From: a virus
Virus record (IMG/VR): IMGVR_UViG_3300032006_002703
Coordinates: 1 to 64,000 of that record
Reading direction: 5' to 3' (one strand)
DNA: 64,000 nucleotides
Positions 25,840 through 35,329 of the stretch are shown piece by piece. A program made the translations under genes and the position numbers. Under the pieces are notes generated by a model. That model did no database searches and had not been told where the DNA came from. It was given only the letters and a program-made list of their open reading frames with translations. Numbering within the stretch: the stretch's first letter is position 1; every line of letters begins with the position of its first letter.

Positions 25840-27694
25840 AGGTAGTCAAATATCCAGGAAAGAGCATCCTGATATAAACGAAATCCTAGCAAATACGCCA
25901 GGGTTCATAGAGGAGCGTGAAGCGCGTATACTTTTATATAAGTTTTTAAGAGAGAACGTTACTTTTGCCACGGATCTAGTTTCTGGAGTAAAACTTTTTC
26001 CGTTTCAGCATATGGCTATCAAGGCTATGTTCGAAACGGATTATTTTATGGGAGTATGGGCTCGGGGAATGTCAAAATCGTTTACCACTGGAATCTATGC
26101 TTTTCTAGAAGCAATATTAAATCAGGGCGTTGAGATAGGTATTCTATCTAAATCATTTAGACAGGCAAAAATGATATTCAAGAAAATTGAAGATATTGCC
26201 GCAAAACCTGAGGCTGCATTTCTTGCTCAATGTATTACTCGTAAAAGCAAAAGCAACGATGAGTGGCTAATGGAGATCGGCCACTCAAGGATCCGAGCCT
26301 TACCTTTGGGAGATGGTGAGAAGCTTCGTGGTTTTAGGTTTCATAGAATTATTATTGATGAGTTCGCGCTAATGCCCGAAAGGATTTTTAATGAAGTTAT
26401 AATTCCCTTCTTGTCTGTTGTTGAGAATCCAACCCAAAGAGAGGATCTATATAATGTAGAAACTACTTTAATTGAACAGGGAGAAATGGCTGAAGAAGAG
26501 CGGCATTTTTGGCCAAACAATAAATTAATAGCGCTTTCTTCTGCTAGCTATAAATTTGAATATATGTACAAAGCTTACGAGCAATTTGATCAACTTATTC
26601 GGGACGGGGGCAAGGATCGCAGTGATGCTCACAGGGTTATCATGCAGTTTAGTTACGATTGTGCGCCTCGATTGCTTTATGACCAAAACCTAATTGATCA
26701 AGCTAAATCTACCATGAGTCAAAGCCAGTTTGATCGAGAATTTGGAGCAGTATTTACAGATGATAGCAGTGGCTACTTTAAGACTTCAACTATGGCGCAA
26801 TGCACGATTCAGGAGGGCGAGGGCGCAAGCATAGAAGTTAAAGGAGCGGAAGGAGACGAATATATTTTATCCTTTGACCCTAGTTGGGCGGAGTCGGAAA
26901 GTTCAGATGATTTCGCTATGCAAGTTTTTAAATTAAATAAAGAAAAGCGGTGGGGCACTCTTGTTCATTCTTACGCAATGCCTGGAACTAAACTAAAAGA
27001 TCATATTAAATATTTTCATTATTTATGGAACAATTTTAATATTATCGCCATTGTTGGGGACTATATGGGTGGAGTCCAGTTTCTTAATGCAGTAAATGAA
27101 AGCGCTCTATTTAAAAAAGATAAAGTTTCATTTGAGCAGATTGACGCAAACTTTGACGATCAAACGAAATATAATAAAGAGCTTGTAAATGCCAGAAGGC
27201 AATATAACCTTAAGGCAAATAAGATATGTTATTTAAGAAAGCCTAGTTCAGCCTGGATTCGTAGAGCCAATGAATTGCTGCAGGCTCACTTCGATCATAA
27301 GAGGATTTGGTTTGGGGCAAGGGCTGTGGATGATGCGTATCAAATTCAAAGAAAGAAAAAAATCCCAATTAATGGCTTAAAGTTTCTCCCGACAGTTGAA
27401 AATGAAAAACAGGACGCTGCGTCAAAGATGATTGATTTGGTGGAGCATCAGTCAGACTTAATAGATCTTACAAAAACTCAATGCGCATTAATTCAAATAA
27501 CAACTAGCCCTCAAGGCACTCAAACGTTCGATCTCCCAGCAAACCTTAAAAAACAAACAGGTCCCGATAAGGCTAGAAAGGATTCTTACTCCGCTCTGGT
27601 TTTGGGAAACTGGATGATAGAAACATACTTTGACATGATGGATGTTGATATGGAAAATTGGGGGACGACCTTTACCCCTCAATTCGTAAACTAG
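25826..27694 (+). CDS. terL: Terminase large subunit
   Basis: LFPFQ, ARGMSKS Walker A-like, LRG..IIIDE Walker B, SFDPS and KDSYSAL nuclease motifs. Confidence 0.88.
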   Translation: MSWSEGSQISRKEHPDINEILANTPGFIEEREARILLYKFLRENVTFATDLVSGVKLFPFQHMAIKAMFETDYFMGVWARGMSKSFTTGIYAFLEAILNQGVEIGILSKSFRQAKMIFKKIEDIAAKPEAAFLAQCITRKSKSNDEWLMEIGHSRIRALPLGDGEKLRGFRFHRIIIDEFALMPERIFNEVIIPFLSVVENPTQREDLYNVETTLIEQGEMAEEERHFWPNNKLIALSSASYKFEYMYKAYEQFDQLIRDGGKDRSDAHRVIMQFSYDCAPRLLYDQNLIDQAKSTMSQSQFDREFGAVFTDDSSGYFKTSTMAQCTIQEGEGASIEVKGAEGDEYILSFDPSWAESESSDDFAMQVFKLNKEKRWGTLVHSYAMPGTKLKDHIKYFHYLWNNFNIIAIVGDYMGGVQFLNAVNESALFKKDKVSFEQIDANFDDQTKYNKELVNARRQYNLKANKICYLRKPSSAWIRRANELLQAHFDHKRIWFGARAVDDAYQIQRKKKIPINGLKFLPTVENEKQDAASKMIDLVEHQSDLIDLTKTQCALIQITTSPQGTQTFDLPANLKKQTGPDKARKDSYSALVLGNWMIETYFDMMDVDMENWGTTFTPQFVN

Positions 27695-27735
27695 CTTCAC
27701 ATATTTTTTTAAACTGTGTATAAATCAATGATTTA

Positions 27736-29352
27736 ATGAGTGCACCGCAATATAAATATACTACTAAATTCGAAAATGTCGTTCTTGCTTCGGGTGATGT
27801 TGATAGCTTTAAGTTGAGTAAGGCTTCTCTGGATTCCCTTCAAGAGTTAATTCCTGCAGACGTAGATCTGGATCGGAATATTGACATTATGGCTGTGGCA
27901 TTTAATGCTGCCGTAATTAATAAGTTTAATAAAAACGGAGACGGAATAGATACTGCAACCGCAATTAATATTAAGGACTTGTTTGTTCATAAGCCTACCA
28001 ACATTGAACACGACAAGGATCAGGTGGTAGGTCATATCGTTTCTTCAGCTTTTTCTAAATACGATGATACTTCCAGCATTTTAAGCGAAGCAGACGTAAA
28101 GGAAACAAAGGGAGCTTTTAATATTTCACTTGGCGCAATTGTTTATAAAACAGTTAACTCTGAATTCGCAGACCTCCTCAACGAGGCAAGCAATAAGGAT
28201 AGTGATTACTACATGAATGTTTCTGCTAGTTGGGAAATTGGATTCAATGATTATGCAATTGCAGTTGGATCCGACGACTTGGAAAATGCAGCGGTTATTT
28301 CTGAGCCAGCTTTAATTGAAGAATTTAGCAAGCATTTGAAATCTTTTGGAGGCAACGGAAAACTAGAGGATGGGACCCCTGTTCATCGATTAATCGTTGG
28401 GGAAATTTATCCACTAGGAATTGGGTTCACTACAAATCCCGCTGCTGATGTGCAGGGCGTATATGTTGAACGGGACGAGCCCGAAGAGGATTCCGAGGCG
28501 AAAGTCACTGTAAATGAGGTAATTAAGAGAGAGCGGGCCAAGCAAGAAAAAAGTTCTCTTTTGAATACGCCGAATGTAATACAAGAAAACCAACAAATCT
28601 CTTCAGACATTATGGATACAGAAAAACTAATTACAGAATTCAAGGAACTTCTGGACGAAAAAATGAAGGCCAAAGATTTCTCTGAGGATGCTGTCGCCAG
28701 TATCACAAAGGTTTTCCACGACGCAATCAAAGAACGTAGCGAAGATTACGTTGAGGAAGTCGAGAAAGCTCAAGCAGAGAAAGCAGAAGCTGAGTCCGCG
28801 CAAGAAGCGCTAAACACTCAGGTTTCTGATTTGGAATCAAAACTTCAGTCGACAGAAGAAAAACTACAAGCCCTGGAAGAGGAAGCACGTCAGCGCGAAG
28901 CAACTGCACGCTTTAACGCCCGAATGGAAGAAGTCGATTCTGGTTATGAGCTCAGTGATGAAGATCGCACCATCGTAGCAACCGAAATCCAAGAGCTGGA
29001 AGACTCTGACGAAGCCTTTGCTGCGTACCAAGAAAAATTGGCCGTAGTATTTAAGCACAAGAGTAAAGAATTTATCGAGCAACTCGCTAAAGAAATGGAA
29101 GATAAGATCCAGAGCGAAGTTGAAAAACGCTTGGGTACAGCTAGCGCTGCGACCGAAACTACAGAAACTACAGAAGTAGCTAAGGAAGAAACTGAAGAAG
29201 TTGACACCGACGCTATTGAAGAAGTTCTTGAAAAGGTTGAAGCTACTAGCGACCAAGTGGTTAACAATAACGGAGAATCCGTCGAATCGGAAAGTTCCCT
29301 TAGGGATCGTTTCGCAAAGACATTTAAGGATTCTGTAAAATTTTCATTTTAA
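27736..29352 (+). CDS. Prohead protease fused to an acidic coiled-coil scaffold
   Basis: NKNGD, HKPTNIEH, SASWE, GIGFTTNPAA followed by a long E/K/A coiled coil; upstream of the capsid genes. Confidence 0.75.
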   Translation: MSAPQYKYTTKFENVVLASGDVDSFKLSKASLDSLQELIPADVDLDRNIDIMAVAFNAAVINKFNKNGDGIDTATAINIKDLFVHKPTNIEHDKDQVVGHIVSSAFSKYDDTSSILSEADVKETKGAFNISLGAIVYKTVNSEFADLLNEASNKDSDYYMNVSASWEIGFNDYAIAVGSDDLENAAVISEPALIEEFSKHLKSFGGNGKLEDGTPVHRLIVGEIYPLGIGFTTNPAADVQGVYVERDEPEEDSEAKVTVNEVIKRERAKQEKSSLLNTPNVIQENQQISSDIMDTEKLITEFKELLDEKMKAKDFSEDAVASITKVFHDAIKERSEDYVEEVEKAQAEKAEAESAQEALNTQVSDLESKLQSTEEKLQALEEEARQREATARFNARMEEVDSGYELSDEDRTIVATEIQELEDSDEAFAAYQEKLAVVFKHKSKEFIEQLAKEMEDKIQSEVEKRLGTASAATETTETTEVAKEETEEVDTDAIEEVLEKVEATSDQVVNNNGESVESESSLRDRFAKTFKDSVKFSF

Positions 29353-29368
29353 TCAAGGAGATTAAATT

Positions 29369-30064
29369 ATGGCACATAGAATAGAACCATTCAGAGATTA
29401 TAGCGAACATGAGGTAGTTAACCTCTTCGCCCTGGATCTCTCAGCACTAAAGAAACAAAAGGCCGATAACTCCGCCGCCGTATCATCTACGCTAGCAGAC
29501 ATGAAAAATTTGTCTTCTGGTCAATGGGACGCAGGCGTTGCGGTTCAGGTTAGCGCAGGTGCACTGCCCCAGGACGTACCTGGAGGCTGGACTGCCGACG
29601 CTGACCTTAGGGCTTATCTTGGGCATGCTCATGATAATGCGCACATCGGTTTCAATGGTATGCCTTATAACAAGTTGACGGTTGCTCCGTCAATAACAGA
29701 TAAGGCTATCGGGATCACCCTTCGTCAAACGGTTGCGTATGACGAAAACGGTGAAAACCTGCTGAGATACCCAGTCAAGAAAGACGAACTTCAGGCCGTT
29801 GGCCCAGGAGAAACAGTTCCCGTACTAACTCGGGGATTGGTACTTTTATCTTCCGATGCTTTCCAAGCCGCTGCAGCTGGTAACGGTGGCCCTCCAGCTG
29901 TAGGCGATTCGATCGCAGTAGTTGACGTGGCCGACGCCGCTGCGACAACTGGCTCGGACGCAGGCAAATTCAAAAAGGTTCAGGCAGGCAAAAATGCCGC
30001 AGTCGGAATTTGTTTGGCTGTTGATTCCTCGGCTGGCAAGTACTTGTGCAAACTTTCTTTCTAA
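29369..30064 (+). CDS. Capsid decoration/stabilising protein
   Basis: Lies between scaffold and MCP; strong SD AAGGAG; beta-tulip-like AIGIT...VPVLTRG. Confidence 0.65.
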   Translation: MAHRIEPFRDYSEHEVVNLFALDLSALKKQKADNSAAVSSTLADMKNLSSGQWDAGVAVQVSAGALPQDVPGGWTADADLRAYLGHAHDNAHIGFNGMPYNKLTVAPSITDKAIGITLRQTVAYDENGENLLRYPVKKDELQAVGPGETVPVLTRGLVLLSSDAFQAAAAGNGGPPAVGDSIAVVDVADAAATTGSDAGKFKKVQAGKNAAVGICLAVDSSAGKYLCKLSF

Positions 30065-30084
30065 CATAGGAGATTATTAAAAAC

Positions 30085-31293
30085 ATGAATATTACACTAG
30101 AACGTACTCCAGAACAAGTAGAGCTTGTTAAGGCTTGCGCGTCCAAGAATCGTGACGTCGCATTTGAAGCTCAGGCAGTCTTGGCCGAATTTATCGGTCC
30201 AGTCTTGGCTGAAGTAATTAATACTGCTCCCACTGTTAGTAATCTATTCTCTTCCCTTCAGTTTAACTCTGAGGACAATCCTAGCATTCCGCTCGATCTC
30301 TATTACGATATCGACGATGAGGATTACGTCCAAATTTGGAGTCAACAAGTGCCAGGTGGCTTGCCTACCAACACTGTTGCTCCTTCACATAGTGAAGTGA
30401 AATTTACGACATACAACCTCGATAGCGCAGTATCCTTCAATAAGAGGTATGCCGCTCGATCAAGGCTTGACGTGGTTAGCAAAACGTTTACGCGAATTGC
30501 TCAAGAAATTCTCTTGAAGCAAGAGCAAACAGCTGCGAATATGATTTTCACAGCCCTTGCTAAGGCGACAACAAATAATACGAAACACGTTATTCGTTCC
30601 GCTCAACAAGGTCGATTCCTTTTGGCAGACTTGAACAAATTGTTCACGCTTGCCAAGCGAATCAACACCTCCTGGACGGGCGGTACACCTGAAAGTCGAC
30701 GTGGACGCGGTGTTACGGACCTTCTCGTCTCTCCTGAGATCGTTGAGGAAATCCGTGGTATGGCTTACAACCCGATTAATACCATCGGTTCTGACGGAAA
30801 GAAGCCAGCAGCTGGCGATTCCGCCAATATCCCTGGTACGGATTCAATGCGCGAAGCTGTATTCAACAGCGCGGGCATTCCTGAATTCTACGGTGTTTCC
30901 ATCATGGAATTCAACGAAATGGGTAGTCAAGACGCATTCGATACGTCCAAAGCGTACAGCGACGGATCCAATAACGAAAAATGGAACACGGTATTTGGGC
31001 AGATGGCAATGGATGCCAACAACCAAGGTATTAAATATCCTGATTTCTTCGTTAGCAAGGACCATAGCGGCGAGAAGAAGTTCTCCAAGGGCGAGCAAAT
31101 CGTTCTCGGTGTCGACCTCTCTCGCGATTCTATGATTCGTGCAGTTGCGGTTGATGCAGAGTCTGGCTCCGAGTTCAATCTCGTGGTCGACGATCAATTC
31201 GTTACCCGCCAAGCTAAGGTTGGCTATTATGGTTCACTCGACGAAGGTCGCGTGATCCTCGATGACCGTGTCCTCACGGGCATAATCGTTTAA
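30085..31293 (+). CDS. Major capsid protein
   Basis: 402 aa, strong SD AGGAG, synteny, followed by a terminator. Confidence 0.8.
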   Translation: MNITLERTPEQVELVKACASKNRDVAFEAQAVLAEFIGPVLAEVINTAPTVSNLFSSLQFNSEDNPSIPLDLYYDIDDEDYVQIWSQQVPGGLPTNTVAPSHSEVKFTTYNLDSAVSFNKRYAARSRLDVVSKTFTRIAQEILLKQEQTAANMIFTALAKATTNNTKHVIRSAQQGRFLLADLNKLFTLAKRINTSWTGGTPESRRGRGVTDLLVSPEIVEEIRGMAYNPINTIGSDGKKPAAGDSANIPGTDSMREAVFNSAGIPEFYGVSIMEFNEMGSQDAFDTSKAYSDGSNNEKWNTVFGQMAMDANNQGIKYPDFFVSKDHSGEKKFSKGEQIVLGVDLSRDSMIRAVAVDAESGSEFNLVVDDQFVTRQAKVGYYGSLDEGRVILDDRVLTGIIV

Positions 31294-31319
31294 TCTCTAC
31301 GGGTCTCACAAGGACCATC

Positions 31320-31351
31320 AAAAATCCACCCCTTGCGGGTGGATTTTTTTT
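31320..31351 (+). terminator. Rho-independent terminator
   Basis: AAAAATCCACCC-CTTGC-GGGTGGATTTTTTTT. Confidence 0.9.
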
Positions 31352-31410
31352 GGTTCACGCATAGTATATCGTAGTGTATAATCCTGTATATAAGGGAAAA
31401 GGAATTTATT

Positions 31411-31818
31411 ATGGCAACTAAAAAAACACAAAAAAAGAAGCGGGCCCCGCGAAAAAAGAAGGAGGCCAAGCTTGATTCTATCTCCAGAACAACTGGAAAG
31501 AGTTATGACCAATCGATAGAGCGAGCCAAGGAGCTCGAACAGGTTCTAGGGATTCATAAAATGAACCCTTTTAAAACAACAGACATCCGCATTCTTGAAG
31601 AAAAGATGTCAGGTATGAATTTAACAGATTTACAGGCACTCGCCGTAAAAGCTGGAGTCTTCCCTTCGGGGAATGCAAGAGTACTTAAAAACAAGCTTAG
31701 AAAAGCTTTTAAGGCCCTTGGGGGATCAGCAACAATACAACTTCAAAATCAACCCATCCTAGATCCAAAGGACCCCAAAAATAAAGAAATTGTAGACTTG
31801 TTTAACAAAGGTCTTTGA
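31411..31818 (+). CDS. Hypothetical basic protein
   Basis: SD AAGGA; GTGTA motif at 31374. Confidence 0.75.
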   Translation: MATKKTQKKKRAPRKKKEAKLDSISRTTGKSYDQSIERAKELEQVLGIHKMNPFKTTDIRILEEKMSGMNLTDLQALAVKAGVFPSGNARVLKNKLRKAFKALGGSATIQLQNQPILDPKDPKNKEIVDLFNKGL

Positions 31819-32270
31819 TGAGTGTGGTAAGCGGGCTTGCGGCGGAGATCTATGATACTGAGCTTGGTTACGAAACTGGGGCCAAGAGAGACGCTGAAGT
31901 CAGTCTGATTTCTGGATGGCTTGATGCAAATATTGGCGCGGTTAATACATACATTAACTCATCCTTCTCCGCATCAGACTTATCCGTTACTGGACACCTT
32001 GAGGAAAGGGCGATAACTAAAGAGTTATATCTGTCAACTTATTATGGAAAACAAGCCCGTAATGTACTTAGGGGAATTGACGGCTCCTCAAACCAATTAG
32101 ACTTCCAAACCTTGCGAGAGGGCGACTCTGTGATTACTCGAACAAATAAAAATCAAGTTGCTGCAAATTACAGACTGCTTCAGGAGCAATCCGAAGAGAA
32201 GCTTAAGGAGCTTGTTCACTTATACAATATGTATAAATCTTCACCCAATCAGGTTTATGGGAACGATTAA
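31818..32270 (+). CDS. Putative head completion/adaptor protein
   Basis: Position after the MCP; TLREGDSVIT beta-hairpin pattern. Confidence 0.5.
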   Translation: MSVVSGLAAEIYDTELGYETGAKRDAEVSLISGWLDANIGAVNTYINSSFSASDLSVTGHLEERAITKELYLSTYYGKQARNVLRGIDGSSNQLDFQTLREGDSVITRTNKNQVAANYRLLQEQSEEKLKELVHLYNMYKSSPNQVYGND

Positions 32271-32293
32271 TTAAAAAAAGTGTAAAACTTTAT

Positions 32294-32818
32294 ATGAAGG
32301 AATCCAATAAAGCAGAGTACCAGCAAGGCAAACTTCATAGGTCTGCGTTGTATAAGGCCTGTCAAGACGCCCAGACTTTATACGATCTAATTGGAGATGA
32401 CGATGTCCTCGAGGAATGGGTCGCGGAACAAATTAGGGTTTCTACTGAAACCTTGGAGACTGTTTTAAAGTATGTTGAATACGAAAAGGCTTTTCCTGCG
32501 ATTCCAGATTCCAGCCCAATTGCCGACGAAGAAGAGCAAAAAAATGAAAATAATTATCTCTCTAACGAAGATAAAAGGTATCCAACTCCCATGGAAGCGG
32601 AGAATGGGGACGGATTTATATCAAGGTGCATTGTCGACCCCAATATGAAAAACCGTTACCCTGAGCAGTCTGATAGATTTATGGCCTGCATGCTCATATG
32701 GAAAGAGGTCGGAAAGCCTGGTAGTGGAGAAGTTGATAACCCTGGGGAAAAATTTGAAGACCCTATGGAGGCTCCTCAGGAGGAAATTAAAGATCCTACA
32801 AAACCTGTTCTTCCTTAA
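32294..32818 (+). CDS. Hypothetical acidic protein
   Basis: GTGTA-N9-ATG upstream; FISRC...YP..RF.AC motif. Confidence 0.7.
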   Translation: MKESNKAEYQQGKLHRSALYKACQDAQTLYDLIGDDDVLEEWVAEQIRVSTETLETVLKYVEYEKAFPAIPDSSPIADEEEQKNENNYLSNEDKRYPTPMEAENGDGFISRCIVDPNMKNRYPEQSDRFMACMLIWKEVGKPGSGEVDNPGEKFEDPMEAPQEEIKDPTKPVLP

Positions 32819-35318
32819 TGGAATAACAAATCTCACCTTTTTTGTAGCTAAAGGTGATTGAGTGATCTATATCAAGCTCCTTAGATAAAAGCAGTTCTGA
32901 GAGCTTATTTTCTATTAAAGTTTGAATTGCTCTTTTAATCGGTCTCGCTCCAAGATCTTCCTGTTGGGCAACTTCAGCCAGATGACGAACAATCGAGGCA
33001 GTAAGTTTCATCTTTACCCCTTTCTTCCTTAGCTTATTTTTTAGATTTTTCATTTCAAGGTGAATGATTTTTCGAAAATCTTCATCACTAAACTTATGAA
33101 AGACGACTACCTCTGTCATTCTATTTACAAGCTCTGGCCTTAATAGTTTTTTTGCTTGATCTAGAATTTTATCTTTCATTTCTCCTTTGTTGTCATTATT
33201 TGTTGCTCCAAAGCCCATTGATAGTGATTTTTCAAAAAGATCTGAGCCAATATTTCCAGTAAGTATGATTACTGCGTTTTTGAACGAAGCTTCTCTGCCA
33301 AAATTATCAGTGAGCCTACCTTCTTCCAGAACTTGAAGCAAACTTTGCAGGACCTCTGGGTGCGCCTTGTCGATCTCATCAAATAAAACAACGCTATATG
33401 GCTGCCTGCTTATTCTTTCCGTTAGCTGTCCACCTTCTTCGTATCCCACGTATCCAGGTGCGGCGCCTATTAATTTCGAAGCAGAAACTTTATCGGAATA
33501 TTCGCTCATGTCTAGTTGGATAATTTTATGCTTCTCTCCAAAAAGAGATTTTGAGATTGATTTCGCCATATGGGTTTTGCCTGTTCCTGTCGGCCCCAAA
33601 CAAAGAAAACTTCCCATTGGTTTATTCTCTTCTCCTAGACCCGACCCAGACCTTAACATTGCTTGAACTACTGCATTTATTGCGTCGTCTTGCCCGATGA
33701 CCGTTTTTTTCAAAGATTTAGATAAGGTAAGGAGTCTTTGATTCTGCGTTTGAGATAATTGAGATACTGGTATCTTAACTTTTTGAGAAACAATTCTGTA
33801 TATATCTTCTTCCTTTACTGGACTAAATTTCTTGGAGCATCTGTGGCCCCACTTCGTCAATAGATTGGTATATTCTATTAAAACCTCTCTTTGCTGATTT
33901 TGAATATCTACTAAACTTTTTCCTATTTTACTCAGTTCTCGCTCTTCCTTTACTAGTTCCTCCAATTCCACTTCTAGCGCCTTTGCGCGTTTAGGCCTTT
34001 TGAAGCTGCGAATTTTTACTCGCGATCCTGCTTGATCAATAATATCTATAGCCTTATCTGGGAATCTTCTGTCATGAATATACTTTTTTGCTAAAGTTGT
34101 AACAAGTTCGAGTACTTCGTCTGAGTATTCTACCATATGAAATTCTTCATATTTTGCTTTAGTCCCCTTTAGTATTTCTAGGGTTTCTTCTTCGCTGGGC
34201 TCTTCAACGAAAACTGGCTGAAAGCGGCGATCAAGCGCCCCGTCCTTTGTGATGCTCTTTTTGTATTCGTCTTGTGTTGTTGCTCCAATGCAAATCAATT
34301 CGCCCCTAGATAGGGCTGGCTTAATCATATTTGCCGCATCCATGCTTCCCTCTGCACTTCCTGCGCCTATAATTGTATGAATTTCATCAACAAATAAAAT
34401 TATATGCTCTGAAGATTTTACTTCTTCAAGCGCCTGTTTTAAGCGTTCCTCAAACTGTCCACGATATTTTGTCCCTGCTATCATTGCCCCAAGGTCAAGG
34501 CTATAGATAACCTTGCCAAGAAGATGCTCTGGACAATTTCCGTCGGCTATATTTTGCGCAAGGCTTTCTATGATTGCGGTTTTGCCTACTCCTGCCTCGC
34601 CGAGAAGTATTGGATTGCTTTTATAGCGACGACATAAAATTTCACACAAATCCGCAACTTCACTGCTTCTTCCTACTATTTTATCAAATTTCCCAGCAAT
34701 CGCAAGATCATTGAAATTAGTTCCGTATTTTTCTAGGGCTCCGCTTTCTTTTTTTCTAGAGGGTCTAATTTGTGGTGGCGGCGGAGACCCAAAGATGCCA
34801 GGATCTTCATTGCCTTGCTCCTCCTCTGAGGACCAAGGGGAGTGAGGCATATTTTGGCTGAAGTCTTGAGATAATTGAAAATATTGCTGAATTTGTTCAA
34901 TGATAACATCTTGAGGGATGCCTAGCATTGCGAAATATTTATTGATTGGCGAGTCGTCATACTTTAGCATCGCGAGAAGTATGTGTTCTAATCCTACATA
35001 TTCATGATTAAACCTGTTGCTTAGGGTCATTGCTATTTGTAAAACATTTTTTATTCCTGCGCTATATTTAAACTTAGTTTTGCCGTCTATTGAATCTTTT
35101 CCTTTTTTTAGTCTTTTTTTGATTGCCCTCACAAAGGAATCAATATCAATCCCTAGGGATATAAGAAGCTCATGAGTTATCCCTGCATTTAAACTAAGTA
35201 TCCCAAGGAACAAATGCTCAAGAGTAACTGTTCTGTGGGATAGTTCTTTTGCCTGCTCCTTGGCTCGCTTAATAGCCCTTTGCGCTCGTGGTGTGAAGTT
35301 TGGCTTGCTGTCCATCAT
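32796..35318 (-). CDS. clpC: ClpC/ClpA-family AAA+ chaperone
   Basis: NFTPRAQ Clp-N repeats, GEAGVGKT and GPTGTGKT Walker A motifs, GAAPGYVGY. Confidence 0.93.
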   Translation of the reverse strand: MMDSKPNFTPRAQRAIKRAKEQAKELSHRTVTLEHLFLGILSLNAGITHELLISLGIDIDSFVRAIKKRLKKGKDSIDGKTKFKYSAGIKNVLQIAMTLSNRFNHEYVGLEHILLAMLKYDDSPINKYFAMLGIPQDVIIEQIQQYFQLSQDFSQNMPHSPWSSEEEQGNEDPGIFGSPPPPQIRPSRKKESGALEKYGTNFNDLAIAGKFDKIVGRSSEVADLCEILCRRYKSNPILLGEAGVGKTAIIESLAQNIADGNCPEHLLGKVIYSLDLGAMIAGTKYRGQFEERLKQALEEVKSSEHIILFVDEIHTIIGAGSAEGSMDAANMIKPALSRGELICIGATTQDEYKKSITKDGALDRRFQPVFVEEPSEEETLEILKGTKAKYEEFHMVEYSDEVLELVTTLAKKYIHDRRFPDKAIDIIDQAGSRVKIRSFKRPKRAKALEVELEELVKEERELSKIGKSLVDIQNQQREVLIEYTNLLTKWGHRCSKKFSPVKEEDIYRIVSQKVKIPVSQLSQTQNQRLLTLSKSLKKTVIGQDDAINAVVQAMLRSGSGLGEENKPMGSFLCLGPTGTGKTHMAKSISKSLFGEKHKIIQLDMSEYSDKVSASKLIGAAPGYVGYEEGGQLTERISRQPYSVVLFDEIDKAHPEVLQSLLQVLEEGRLTDNFGREASFKNAVIILTGNIGSDLFEKSLSMGFGATNNDNKGEMKDKILDQAKKLLRPELVNRMTEVVVFHKFSDEDFRKIIHLEMKNLKNKLRKKGVKMKLTASIVRHLAEVAQQEDLGARPIKRAIQTLIENKLSELLLSKELDIDHSITFSYKKGEICYSIKEEQVL

Positions 35319-35329
35319 ATCTAATTACA

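Noticed and set aside
28407-31212. Long antisense or alternate-frame ORFs over the scaffold and capsid genes
   Set aside because: They are expected by-products of strong codon bias in highly expressed genes and show no recognisable motifs or start signals.
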